A DNA stretch of 64,000 nt from Mayamaea pseudoterrestris (GCA_027923505.1 BROI01000013.1:620001-684000), one strand, 5' to 3'. Shown: positions 48,132-61,355, counted from the stretch's first letter. Notes: a model not told the origin generated them from the sequence alone. Numbers and translations are program-made.

Positions 48132-49595
48132 GTAGCGCAAGGCAATGTGCTTTGCCGTTGCGTTTGTCGCAGGGGTAGTTTCGTTCATAACCGGTCCGAC
48201 TTTAATGGTCATTTGAATGCGTGAGCAACCATCGTATTAAAAGACGCCGGCCAAGCCAGGTATCTTTATTGTCCGTTCATATTTTGCAAATCAACTTCCG
48301 TTGATGGACCGACCGTCGGATTGATGGTTGCCACAAAATTGCGGCAGTTGCATCGTTGACGATGGGAAACAAAAAAATCATTCCAACTACGATTCTGGAT
48401 GGCTATTGATGATGAAGCAGCATAAGTAAGCAAACTGCTGTGACTGTGCAAAGTGAAATGGTGCGCAACTAGTTGGTCCTGTCAGTATCTCACCAAAAGT
48501 TTGGCTGAGGCTGGGCGGTTCACGCCGTCAACCGCCTCGTTGATGTTGTTTGTTGACTGCCAAAACTATGCATTAATGCTCAACACTCACATCCCGGTCA
48601 TCGTCTTTTTACAGCGCACAGGAATCTCTTGCTCTTTCTAGTCAAGGTTCGAGGTTCATTCCGACTGACAGATGTTATTGACCATTGAACTGCATCGGCA
48701 GCCTTTTACTGCGACGTGCTAAAGCGCTAATTAAAGGATTCAAGTCAATATTTTATGTGATATCTATCCCTTGTGAGGAATAGAAGCAAGTTGCAAGTGT
48801 ATACTACAGGATAAATGAGTATAGCAATTGGAAGAGCGGCTGCAACTGCGATGAAGAAGGGCTTGATGCATCTGGACCAAAGCTGGAGCAGCAGCGGGAC
48901 CAATACGCCTCGTATGACAAAACTAATTACACCAATAGATGCTGCTTAACATAATTAATAGATCTAGTGCTTTAAATTTCTGTTAAAGACCAACTGTACG
49001 TACATTTCCTTGGAGTGCAGAGGACTCATACTGCGTACTCGTACCGATGCATCATTGAAAAAACTACCGTCCAAGCCGAAACAAATTGTGAATGGTTCTC
49101 GCCCGGCTCGATGGAGAACGCCATATAAAAGCTCGGCCGGCGTCTTTTAATACGATGGTTGCTCACTGTATCATTACCGCTCCGACTATCTTTTTGTGGT
49201 CATTCTGGCGTTTTCCTTCATTGACACTGTTGCAGCGACACATTGTATGTCATCAGCGTACACTTTGGCACACACTCGTGTCACATTGACGTTGGCAATG
49301 GGAAATGGATCTTGTGGTGTCGCCGCGCTGGAAGGGCGCGGCGCTCGTGTAGTGCAACCCGAAGCAAATTGTCTTCAACGTTTCATGTTCGTGCGAGTAT
49401 CTACCTTGTAAATCGTTTTTCCATTGCAGTAAACTACATTACCAAGCAGGACGTTGATAACGAGGAAGTGGAATAAGGGATCAAGCGAAAGCCTACGGTG
49501 AATTCGCAGTTGAGCTGGCAGCATCGAACTTGATCCTGCTTGATCTCGACTCGTTCCTCTCTTCTACATTGCAATAAGCGCATTCACACATAAAC

Positions 49596-52454
49596 ATGAA
49601 TAACAGCAGCAGCAATGCCGATTTCACATCCGACGACATGCACGCCCTCTGCTCGTCGTGCGACCGCTGCCGGGCCCGCAAGACCAAGTGCGACTCCCAA
49701 CGGCCGTGCGGCAACTGCGCCACCAAGTACATGAAGAAGCATAAATTGACGAGGTATGTGAGAAATGTATGTAAATAGTTATTTGGTATTGATGATTGAT
49801 GCATGATGCATGAGAGAATGGAATAAGAATGAGAAATGAGAGATAGAGGGCCAGGAATAGGAGGAAATAATATTATTCATTTCCAAACTTGCACCTCCTG
49901 CGTTCCATTCCATCTCACGCAATCGCAATCATTTCATCCTTTATTTCAAATCCATTATTATTTTTGATTATTAATTCAGCCTCGACGGCGTCCCCATGGA
50001 GGCGATTGAATGCATCTACTCGCCCGCCAAGCGCCGCGGTCCGGTGCCAGGCAAGACGACGTCGTCGACGGGGCAGCAGCAGTCGACGGGGCAGCACCGC
50101 AAGCCTTCCGAACTGGATGGAAGTAACAATAATATCAATAACATGATTCAGTTCAACAGTGAGCAGTTGCATCACGATGCAGCCGGAGCATCCGACTACT
50201 TGGCGAGTCAATTGCAGGGATCCAGTGGCGGCGACAATAGCAACGCACTCATGTCGTGGCAATTGCAGCTGCAGCAGCAGCAAATGCAGCAGGCGGCGGC
50301 GACGGGATACTTGCAGCAGCAGCAGCAGCAGTCTTACAATGTTGGAGGCGCTGCAACGGCATCTCTCATGGAGCAGCATAGTAGCAATAGCAGCATGAAT
50401 CTCAATCAGCAGCAGCAAGGAGGAGCAAATCTGTCGCAGCAGCAGCAACAACCATATGGCGGAATGACGAATCGCTCCGTCCTGGACAATCTAATGGAGG
50501 CGGCCAGTCGACGCATGCAGCAGCATCAGCAGCACCCTAGCAACGTTGGCAGCAGCAGCAATCATCACTCGAGCAGTCAGCAGCACCATGCGCCACAATC
50601 GTCGGGCGGAGGCAGCGCGCAGATTCCACGCACCATTTCCAATCATACGCACTTGCTCGAGCCCAACGATCCGGATGGTTCGCGCCTCTACGCCTACTAT
50701 CGCCTCTCCATTGACGAAATCTTTCGACTGCCGCCAACGGTTCGTGCGCAAGACTTGGCCATAAGCAGTGAACATAATGGCAACAGCAGCAACAACGACT
50801 TGATGAGCAACATGTCCAACAATCCGGGACTGGCGGCACTCTCGGCGGCGCAGTTTGCCGAATTGGCATTGGGAGCACTGGTGCACAACGAAGTGGCCTG
50901 GGCCATGGAACTATGCAACGCCGTGGTGCACTGCCTGCGCGACAGTTGCAGCAGCAGCAACAATAATGTGTCGAGTGGTGGCGGCGATCATGGTGCCGCC
51001 GGTGCGATGCACAATTCGCCGCTGGTGCAGTTTGAAGTGACGCGGGCCTACTTTTTGCTGGGCGTCTTTCGGGCCTGTCGGGGCGACATGGTGCGGTACT
51101 TTAAATATCGAACCGTCTGCATGGTGTATTTGAGTAAAATGGAGGTGAGATCGTAAATGTGTTGTGGTGTTGGATAATGATTGAAAATGAATGAGTCTCA
51201 CCACTTTGCCTTTCGCTTTCACTTGCACAGCCCGACGACAAGACGACGATTCTCATGGCCGCCATCTCCTTCTTGGACTCGTGGGCCTACATGGTTTACA
51301 ACGGCAACGAAAAAGACCTTCCGGAAGGTTGCGCCGCTGGTCACCGCGGCATGATTCATAGCGACTCCATGTCTAATGTAAACAAATACGGCATTGACAC
51401 GAACATTCAAGCCATTGCGCGCGACCCTCGCAACCGCAACTGGGTCCAGGGTGCGCCGCCCGTCTACTTGAACAATGAGGCTCCGCTGCACGCACGGTCG
51501 CTCGATGCCGTTGCGTGCGCCATTCGCAACTGCTGCGACCAAGCGAATACACGGTTTGCAAGTATTGCCAAGGAAGCGGCTGGTGGCGGGCATGTCGATC
51601 CGTCGCAGCAGCATAGAGTACCCATGGAACCTGGTGAGCAGGACCTTCATTCACTAACCTCAGCCGCAGTCATGTCGCACGAGAGCGAACTCTGCAGTCG
51701 CAACATTATATTGAGCGCCTACACGCTCATGCAGCAGCACGATGCGCTCAACAAGGGTCGACACAAGTACGACGGATTGCACATGGTCATTTCCGTCATG
51801 GATGCCTTTTTGGAAAATAGCGACGATGATTTGCAGGGCGGCTTTACGGATAGCCAGATTCAGTCGCTCTTGAGTGTTTGCAACACGACTCTGGAAAATC
51901 CCTTGCTGCTGCACCACGCTGGACCAACCTATCACATGGTGACCAACGCGGCCGTCTTGCTTTGTCATTTGCTCAATGGCATGCACGTCATGCAGAGCGA
52001 GGAACACCAAAGCGCGGATGGTAGTGCCGCTAGCACGAGTAGCGGAAGCAGTTCGAGCATGGAGCAGTCGCTCTTTGAGGAAGTCCTTGATACCTTTTTG
52101 CCAATTCGCAAGCTCCTGACGATTCATCGCCGCAAACTCCCAGTCAAGCTACGCTGCCACGGCATTCCTCGACCAAACTTTCGATTCAAAAAGGGTGAAC
52201 CTTTGGTAGACTTGAGTGAAACTTTGCTTTGTCCTTGCCGCGGCTGTCAAGGCTTTGTGCTCATGGCCTGCAGTCCATGCGTGGCGGCGGAGCGAGCGCG
52301 GGCTGCGACGACGCGCGTGGAGGTGGAGGAGGCGCAGGAGATTGAAGCCATGCAGCTTGGTGAGGTTGACAAGGAGATTGACGACTTGGGCGCCGAGTTT
52401 GATTTGGATGATGATGCCTTACTTGGCATGATTGGCAATCTCATTAGCAACTAA
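49596..52454 (+). CDS. Zn(II)2Cys6 (Gal4-type) binuclear-cluster transcription factor-like protein; introns 49754-49979 and 51145-51230
   Basis: SCDRCRARKTKCDSQRPCGNC...ECIYSPAKRRGP after splicing; polyQ region; canonical GT-AG junctions restore the frame. Confidence 0.85.
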
Positions 52455-52767
52455 TAAGCTCGGTGCATGACGCCGGCATGCTGTGGAAGAGACTGCTTCC
52501 TTCTGCAATGTTTGCTTTTAACTCTATCTGTTACCTGTTAACGTATTATAGATTCTGATCACTAAATTGTTGGAGCTGGCTAAGCTACGTACATGTTGAG
52601 CATTTCGGCTTACGAATAATGCGTCGCTTGGCAACGTGTCGCACCGAAACTAACTCGCTGTCGGCGCGCCTTTCTTTCGCAAACACGATGCAAGAGCCAC
52701 TATTTTCATACGCTGCTGGTGCAAGTACATCGACCTGCCTTCAAACTACTATAAACTGTCTCCCGTC

Positions 52768-53907
52768 ATGAGTGATTCTCTAGCAGCTACTAGAATCGAC
52801 TCTCCATTACTCGCCGCTGGTGCTTGGATTGAAGTTTGGTTTCCAGCCGACGATCGCTTCTTTTCCGGGAGGCTCGTTCAGCTTCAACAGCAAGAAGAAG
52901 ATGAATGCAGCTGGACGGTCGAATTCAACGACAATACTGTCTACAATATGAACCTTGTCAATGAGAATTTTCGACTGCTAGCCGCTGCTAAATCGCCTCA
53001 CGCCAAGCACCTTAACGACCAAAAGGCGCGACTAGCGCAGCTACAGATTGGCAGTCGCATTCAAGTCTACTGGGAGCAACCCTTTCACAGTTGGCTCTCG
53101 GGAACGATTCGAAACATTGTCAATGGCAAGGATGGAGAGTATCTAGTGGAATATGACTACAAGGGAGAAACGTGGGAAAGTTTGTTTTCGGAACAGTTTC
53201 GATTGCTGGATACAAACACTGCTGCAACTTTGTTGGCGCAGGACGAGGATGAAGAATGCCTCGGTCGAACGAACAATTCTATCATTCCAAACGATTCACA
53301 TATAATTCAGTTAGCGTCTGGGACTCGCATTGCCGTCTACTTCGACGATGACAATGGTGGTAATTTTTATCCTGGAACAGTCAAATCGAACAAGCCGAAT
53401 AGCAAGGGCGAAACCAAGATTTTGTTTGACGATGGCGAAACGTTACGCATTGATTTGTCGCAAGAATACTACAAGCTGTTGGCCAATGATCGTAGTCCTT
53501 CGGCGCCGGCCTACGAAAGCGAGTCGATGGAAAACATCAAGGAAGGCAGCAAGCCATCCGATGACTCGCACAAAGACAAGGAATCGCCGCGGCAGCAACA
53601 GTCGTTTCATGATATCGAGAACGACGTTTGTATCGACTCGGAGGAAGCGCGACGGGCAACCAAGTCAAAAAGGGCATATATGCACCGTCGCTGCGTTCAT
53701 TCTGGTTGCTCACGATTTGCTCAAAAGGCTGGACTTTGCTTTGTGCATGGAGCGAAGCGACCAGTATGCCAAACTCTTGGTTGTACGAGGGTGGTGCATA
53801 CGAACCGTCTTTGCTATAGGCACGGAACGGGTCTGCTCAAGAAAGCTGCTCGAATGGGTCAGTCTCGTTCGGGATTATACATTTATCAAGCACATGCGAA
53901 AAACTAA
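52768..53907 (+). CDS. Triple Tudor-like domain protein with C-terminal C-x4-C...C-x2-HG (WRKY19-like) zinc-finger repeats
   Basis: Three G.(R/W)I.V(W/Y)(F/W)....(F/W)..G.(L/I/V) repeats; CVHSGC...GLCFVHG and CQTLGC...LCYRHG. Confidence 0.75.
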   Translation: MSDSLAATRIDSPLLAAGAWIEVWFPADDRFFSGRLVQLQQQEEDECSWTVEFNDNTVYNMNLVNENFRLLAAAKSPHAKHLNDQKARLAQLQIGSRIQVYWEQPFHSWLSGTIRNIVNGKDGEYLVEYDYKGETWESLFSEQFRLLDTNTAATLLAQDEDEECLGRTNNSIIPNDSHIIQLASGTRIAVYFDDDNGGNFYPGTVKSNKPNSKGETKILFDDGETLRIDLSQEYYKLLANDRSPSAPAYESESMENIKEGSKPSDDSHKDKESPRQQQSFHDIENDVCIDSEEARRATKSKRAYMHRRCVHSGCSRFAQKAGLCFVHGAKRPVCQTLGCTRVVHTNRLCYRHGTGLLKKAARMGQSRSGLYIYQAHAKN

Positions 53908-54250
53908 CCAGAGCATGAGCTCATAGGTACGAATAGTTTTGTCGCAATTTGAATCTGTGTAAACTTTTTTGTCGCAGTACAAACAGTGCTGCGCTAATAA
54001 ACCAGCAGTTTGAGTAGCTAACTCGTGCCGGAAAACGCCCGCATCGCACCGGTTCACGAGTTTGCTCCAAAGCATTCGTAGTGCTGAGAAAAACACGTGT
54101 CACTCCCCTCATCTATCGCTTGCGAGCAATGCGGCAAATTCGGCCATGACATTTTCCGCCCCGAACCCAATCGTGCAGGAAGAATCAAAGATATGCACCA
54201 TATTCTCGCATTGATCTTTGCACTGACAGTACTTTTGCATTGATGCTACA

Positions 54251-55603
54251 ATGAAGCAAGCATCAAGTCAGCTCAAGTCGGTACCGTCACTTGATGAAGA
54301 CGATATCAGTAGCCAGCGCCTGCCTTTTTCCGTCGGAGCATGGATCGAAACATGGTTTCCGTCACACCAAAAATACTATTGCGGCAAGCTCACCAAGCAG
54401 CGCGACCATGACTGCTGGCAAGTCGAATATTTGGATGGAAGCTGCCAGTGGATGTTGCTCTCCAAGGAACGGATTTGCGTGATTGCCGCAGCAGATTCCT
54501 TGGCAGCAAAGGATTATGACGAACGAAGGAGACTCCTGGCGCACCTTAAGATTGGAAGCCGAGTCGAAGTATTCTGGGAGCCGTACGATACATGGTTTTC
54601 TGGAACTGTCAAACAAATCAAGTCTGGCATGGAGGAAGAGTACTTGATTGCATATGACATTAAGAATGAGACATGGGAGAGCTTGTTCTCGGAGACTTTC
54701 CGGCTGCTTGGCAACGCCATGATTGGCACTGAGCAGGCCGCACCTCTTTCTGATGACACCGCGGCTCCAGAATCATTCTCAGCTGGTGCTCGCATTGCCG
54801 TCTTTTTCAGCGACGACCAAGGTGGACAATTTTATCCAGGAACGGTAACGACAGGCAACGTGAACAGCAAGGGCGAGATCAATGTTGCGTTTGACGACGG
54901 CGAGGTTTTGGATCTTGTGCTGGCAGAGGAGGAGTACAAGATTCTACCTGATCAATCCAAGAAACGGAAGTTAGCGAGTGACAATTCCAATGATGGCGTG
55001 ACAAGTCTTTGCGAGGATGTTGGTCAGAGTGCAGTATTGTCCTCGATTCACTGCCATTCACGGACCTTCTCACGCGACGGCAAGTCTCTGCCTTGCATCC
55101 CAATCGAGCAAGATTAGCCCGCCTGCCGGACGTGAAGCTGGAGCAAGACGACACGCAGCAATTGCTTCATGTTGGGGTGACGCATGACGGTGATTATTTG
55201 AGTATGGAGTCGGCTCACCAAGACACAAGCAACGCATCGCGCTCCAAGTGCACCGTCAAAAACTGCCAAAACGACGCCAGACGAGACGAAATTTGCATTG
55301 CACATGGTGCTAATTCAACGCTGTGCACGTTTGCTGGCTGCCCCAAGCGCATCTTTTCAAAACTCGTCTGTCGTCCGCATGGGCCAAGGAAAGTGTGCGC
55401 CATTGCTAATTGTCGCAATCTCGCACTGCAAGGTAATGTTTGTCGTAGTCATGGAAACCTGAAAAATCGTGTGAAAACTTGCCTGGTGACTGATTGCTTG
55501 AATCAAGCGAAGTAAAAGGATTGTGCCAGAGCCACTCCACCCTTGCTAAAGGCTTGAAGGCAGCATGCCTCTTTACCATTGACTTACAGCTCATGCAAGT
55601 GTA
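54251..55603 (+). pseudogene. Tandem paralog of 52768-53907 with a disrupted reading frame (pseudogene, unmodelled intron or assembly indels)
   Basis: Same three Tudor-like repeats in 54251-55117; zinc-finger repeats lie in a different frame (55009-55515) and shift again at ~55510 (NQA / VKGLCQSH). Confidence 0.55.
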
Positions 55604-56017
55604 GGGCGATGCGATTGCATCAAACATGAATGCAGCGGATCATGACGAGGAGTAACGTTCGCTCCCAAGTGTCGCATGTCCACCAAGTACCAATTGCTGG
55701 CGAGGCGGAAGCTGATTTTATAGGAGAACCGTCCATGTGAACATTGTTTTTTAGTTCTACCAATAATTTTTGTATACATTCTTTTGTGCACCTCTACGGT
55801 AGTTGTCTGCCCAGGCTCAAAAGGCGCCTCGCTGCTATTGGTATCATAGTTCCGCTCGGGTAGCTTGAGTTTCGGTCCGACACAAGTATTCACCATGCAT
55901 GTGAGCTCTCGATGTTCTTCGACTTTGCGTGATGGATTTTGCGTCACACTCGCGATCCTGCAACCACAACATTGCATCATTCGATCGGAACTCACGACAA
56001 GCAAGATATATACGACC

Positions 56018-56684
56018 ATGGTACATCCAAAGCAGTAAGTGAAACTAAATTATGATTGAACGTCGCATGTGATGACCCAAGAGAATTCATGGCAAAAGGG
56101 TCGTTCACGGAAGGAAGGCTGCGAAACGAACCCTCACCTCGACGCATCATGCCTGCACGTTTGGACGACGGATGCATTGAAACGACTCTTTCGACGAGTA
56201 AACATGTAAATTTGATGGAAGCGATGTAATCATTGACTGAATCTTGTCATTCTTTCGTCGTTGCAGGGAAGAATTTCACAAGGGCAAGTCTCCAGTTCCG
56301 GAAACGACTGGAATTGAGGAAGGCTCGCCCAAGCGCAACATTCAGCGAAAGGTTCGTAAAACATGCAAGCTTGATTGACCGAAGATCAACTTGGAATGGA
56401 GAGCAAAAGATGACGGGAGTTTGACTGGATTGGAAGCGAGATGTGATGTCTGTAGCCTTTCATGTTTCATTCATGACGCCTTGTACAAGCAGTCAATGTC
56501 GAACTACTTTTCGCTGCGCCAGTCTCACTTATATATGCAATTCTATTCTTACCTTTCTTGATACGTTTCACACATTATACAGAGCGACCATGACCCCAAC
56601 AAGGACAAGAAGCAGCACGGAGGTGCCGGCGGCAAGGGCAAGTGGAACGAGTTGGACGATGGCACCTTGGATGAGATTCAGTAG
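56018..56684 (+). CDS. Putative ~34-38 aa microprotein with a PDCD4-like KKxxGGAGGKGxW motif; terminal exon 56583-56684
   Basis: Pyrimidine-rich tract ending acAG at 56582, then SDHDPNKDKKQHGGAGGKGKWNELDDGTLDEIQ-TAG; ACCATGG at 56018 followed by candidate donors at 56021 and 56035. First-exon model uncertain. Confidence 0.65.
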
Positions 56685-57348
56685 AAGTGAAAGAGAGAGA
56701 GGAATAGGTGGGTTACAATGGAATGGATAATTGATGGATTACACGGATTGGACTGGATAGTAGCGATGGAGTAATACAGCAAACTAGCTTGGATATGAGC
56801 ATGGACTCGAGCAAGAGTGAATACGGACTGATTGTTTGTATGCGATTCTGTAGCCACTATGGACTTGAAGCATTGGACGAGTTCATGCTTTGTTTCCAGT
56901 GCATGTCTCGTCTACCGTACATTGAGAGTCTTCCCAATTCGTCGTCGCCGCGGCGCATGGAGGATCGGATCGCGTGTTGCTACCAGCATGCGTTTAACGC
57001 TTCCTCGATTCGCCTATCGGCAACTTTCTGAATCACATCATGTATCTACGCTCCAACGAATAGAATGTTCGTCCTTGATGTCCAGTCATGCTACGTGCTC
57101 GCGCGTAGGAGAAGGAACATGGAGAGATAAATAGGCAGCCCTTGCATAGCTCGGAACGCCATTAAAGCACACCCGCCCTTTGCAATATTCCTTCGAGTGA
57201 ATGGATGTCACTCGCGCGACGCCATGATGCGAAGCAGTGTGCGTCGGCAGAAAGATCCATACGGCAATCAGGAACAAGGAGCTGCAACTGCATCAAGCTA
57301 CTACAGTAGTCTCTCTTACTCATCGTTACCAATATTATTGTTATTATC

Positions 57349-59157
57349 ATGGCTGACTTTGCGAAACGATCCGAAGTAACGATTGAAACCATGGTGAGTA
57401 CATCAATTGCTGCTGCTGATTGCTTCCCTTTGATGCTTGTTCCATGCTACTGCATATCTTTTAATAGCCCCTCTCTCACACTATCTATTGTCGTTCCTTT
57501 TTTTACAGGGCCGCGTCAATAATCCCACTGGCGCCGGAGTGCGCGCCACGTCCACCCAAGTGCAGGCCCGCCGCAAAAAGATGCAGGAGCGAGAGGAGGA
57601 GAGTGACGCTCATAACATTCCGGATTGCATCAGCACGACGACTGTTAATAATGGTATCAAGGACAATTCTACAAATACTGCTACAGCATTAATGACAGAC
57701 GGCTCGTCGCGCCGCAACATTGTCCGCAAGCACACGGCCGACGCAATCCACCGCTACGACTCGTCCCATAAAAAGCAGGGCGGCCACGGCAAGGGCCTCT
57801 GGAAGCGCGAAATTGGATTAGAGGATGGAGAGTACTACCAGGATGCAGCAGTCGTCTTGGACGAATCGGATCCGCTCTACATGGCGAGCGAAGACTCAAA
57901 GTACATTTTAACGTCTCACGGTGGCACCTTGGAGCAGGCGCGCGGCGTTGATCCATCCACACGCAAGCAAGTCTACGGCCCGCTGCTGACGCTGCAAGAG
58001 TTCAAAGTCCAAGTCTCGGATTGCTTGCTCGAGTATTTGCAAGACTCGAATGACGCGGACGAGGTCATTCGCTGCATTCAGGAGTTGGCCTGTCCCGAGT
58101 ATTACGTGCGCGTCTTGGTCAAGCGCGTTGTCAGCTTGGCGCTCGACATGGGGCCGCGCCAGCGCGAGTGGGCGAGTCGACTGCTGACGTGTTTGCACCC
58201 CGTGCCCATGAGTGAGGCGGAAATGCAAGCGGGTTTTCAAGTCTTGCTGGATGGCATGGAGGATTTGAGCAAGGATGTGCCGGATGCAGTGGTAAGTGTC
58301 ATGGCAGTGCGATATAGTATATGATTAGCGTTTGACATGCATGGCAACTCACACTTTCTCCAAATCCTTCTCTCGTTAATTCCCTCCACTCTCCTTTAAT
58401 ATCTACACAGAACATGGTGGCTTGCTTTTTGGCGCGCGCCGTTGTCGACGAAGTATTGCCGCCGGCATTTTTGTCGCAGGAGAATGACGCGCGCCCCGGC
58501 GACGCTGTGGTGGCCCGCGCCATTTCGCTGCTGAACCGCGAGCACGCCACGGCGCGCCTCGAAAAGATTTGGGGACCGGGTGATGGACGACCTGTGGCGG
58601 AACTCAAGCAAGACATGGATCAGTTGCTGCAGGAATACTTGGCGAGTCGCGAGTTGGATGAGGCGGCGCGCTGCGTCAAGGAACTCGATGCCAAGCACTT
58701 TCATCATGAGTTGGTCAAGCGGGGAGTAATGTGCGCCATGGAACTGGATGGTGCGAGTCATTGTGGAGGCAGCAAGGGCAAGAATGGCGCCATTGTTGCG
58801 AATGGAGACAAGCATGTTGCGACTACTGCCACTGACAATGACGACGAGTTGAGCAACTTGGATGCCATGGCGGCGCTCTTTGGATTCTTGGTATCGAACG
58901 CCATTGTCAGCGAGAACCAAGTCATGAAGGGAGTTGTTCGTTTGCACCATTTGCTGGACGATATCAAATTGGACGTTCCGTCGGCGCCAATCTTGCTCGA
59001 GTCGTTTGAGAAAATGGCCATGGAGCAAGGCTGCTTGCCAACGACGGGAGTCTCGTCGAGTGAGCTTGCCAAGATTGGAGGTGCTGGAGCAAGTGGTACG
59101 TTGCCATCTGCGGAAGCAGCAACGACAACGGCAGCGGAAGAGTCGGCCGAGTCGTAA
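57349..59157 (+). CDS. PDCD4: PDCD4-like translation repressor with two MA3 domains; introns 57394-57508 and 58292-58410
   Basis: HKKQGGHGKGLW and DESDPLY N-terminal motifs; MA3 signatures LLEYL...EV..C..EL..P, LVKR.V..ALD, REWASRLL, DVPDA, FLARAVVDEVLPPAFL, LLQEYL, FHHELVKRGV, DIKLDVPSA. Confidence 0.88.
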
Positions 59158-59710
59158 AACGTTGGACTTGATGCGGTTAAAGGCTGCGAGAATGGTCGTA
59201 TGCTAACGGCTGCAAATGGCGGTACATGACTGCATGAGAGATACATGATAGCACTCACAGTAACATAATAAAGTCTTTGCTAACTTATTGACTATTGACG
59301 TTAGTCGTATCTTACGAGTATAGCGCACTGACTCGTTTACAACTACCAGCTTCGTCTCGAGCTGACACTTTTTCGCCGAAACGACTTGACACCCGCAGAT
59401 GCTTCCGGTACATGTCATCGCTATAGACTCCAAGGCTACTACAAGAAGAACACTCTTTCATGTATAAACTTGACAAGCTATTGGTTAGTTATAAATGTAC
59501 TCGACTCATTGTTCGCCATTCGTTTTGTTACCATGAATGAGCTTGTTTCTTCTCTCGTGTAGTATGAAATTATGTAAGTAAAATGTATCAATATCATGTT
59601 CGCATGGACGATGCAAGCATGCATGCATATTTCTGTTCCTTCCTCTCTGGTTTCGATTCGTATCCAACTGAGCCTTCCATCATGCACTCCCCATCACGAC
59701 TGACTCCATT

Positions 59711-60193
59711 CTACCACAACGACCGCTTCTTGGTCGTCGTCAATCGCCTGGTAATTTGCGCGTGATGCAGCGCGTTTTGCTCGCGCGCCGCCATGGCGTG
59801 CGTCGCCTCGTGGGGATGCATGCCGGCAAAGGCAATGGCCTGCGAGTGCTTGTTGCTATTCTTGCGCTGCAAGGCTTGCTTGACTTCCGTGACGTGCTGG
59901 CATTCCGAAGGAATGTTGGGATAGTACTTGTCCAAGTCCTTGATGCAGGACTTTTCCGATAGTGGAGACGGAGGAGGGGATGAATCGTTGTTGTTACCGT
60001 CGGCTGGAAATGTTGGATGGAATGGAGGTGAGCAAGAGTGAGAAAAAAATGATGCAACATCCATTGCACGTCGCGCTCAAAATCAGCTTCCAATGACACT
60101 CTCTCTCATTCGCTTGCGTCTCTTCACTCTCTCCATCAATATAGACTTACTATCACTACGGAGGGACAGGCGGCGAGCGACTTGTTCCAACAT
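59711..60193 (-). CDS. Small hypothetical protein, 2 exons
   Basis: MLEQVARRLSLRSD then a GTAAGT donor; ttccAG acceptor near 60004 joins in frame to ...DGNNNDSSPPP...KKRSLW. Confidence 0.55.
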
Positions 60194-60628
60194 GGTAGAC
60201 TTGATTTGATGGCTTGTTGGATTGCGAGATGCGAGATTTGCGAGATGCGAGCGAGCAAAGATTTTGTGTGCGTTCCTACGTGATTCGTGTACTCACTGGT
60301 CGCGAGCTAAATCGCTCGACCATGACACCATACTTCCACGTGGAGAAGGCCAATGGACGCTTCCGCGCGATCGATTCTTGACGTCTTTCGATTGGATCCA
60401 GTCAAAGCCCGACACGTGGGAGCAGATGAATTCTGACACCAGCGAACCAAGTATTCATGAAATTGGAGTTCGCGTTCGCTGCAGCAGATGGCGAGAAACG
60501 TGCGGGTTTCTTCATGAGTGCCGCTAGGACTTTCTGATGAATTTTGTCGCTCGCCACCATGACCATCAAAAATCCATCGGCTCGCCGTTCGTTCAAAAGA
60601 CCTTGCAGCACACATAATATATAGCACG

Positions 60629-61355
60629 ATGCAGTCGCCACAAGCGCCTCCGCAGCAGCCGCAAGCTCCCGCGGCGTCGCAGCAGCATGCAAATCAGCGA
60701 CCGCATCATGGTGCAGCGTCTCGTCAGCAGCAGCAACCGCAAGCCGTCCAAAAACACCCCGGCAGTAGCATTCCGCATGGATTCGTGCCGGCATATCTTC
60801 CTGGAAGCGCCAGCTTGGTGGAGGAACTGGATCAGCGACTCTTGCTCGTGTTGCGAGACGGAAAGCATATTGTTGGGGTATGTATGCAGTAGTTGAATGG
60901 AGATGGAGGATGAAACACTGAATTGAATGGAGCTGCAGCAGCTGTTGAGACGCAGCTTAGCACTCGCTTTAGTAGCTCATGATGATCATTCTTATGCATT
61001 ATCTCCTTTCATTATGCAACAGACACTGAGTACCTTTGACCAATACTCCAATTTGGTGCTGTTGGATGCCGTCGAGCGACGCATCATCATGCCCCATCCT
61101 TCATCTACGCCACCGCCAACAAATAACTCCTCTCGCAACTACGACTATTTCTACACGGACATTGACTTGGGCGGCTTGTACTGCGTGCGCGGCGAAAACA
61201 TGGTGCTGCTGGGAAGGCATTGCGATACAAACGAGCGAGGACAGCGCCTCGACTTTGCCGCGTGGCAGGAAAAATATTTGGAGCAGCAGCAACAGGCGGC
61301 GACTGCAAACAGTGCAACAACGGAGTGGGACTTTGATGCCGACTTGGTGGCGTAA
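60629..61355 (+). CDS. LSM1: Sm-like protein LSM1; intron 60878-61022
   Basis: YLPGSASLVEELDQRLLLVLRDGKHIVG|TLSTFDQYSNLVL...ERRI...GLYCVRGENMVLLG (Sm1 and Sm2 motifs of LSM1). Confidence 0.92.
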
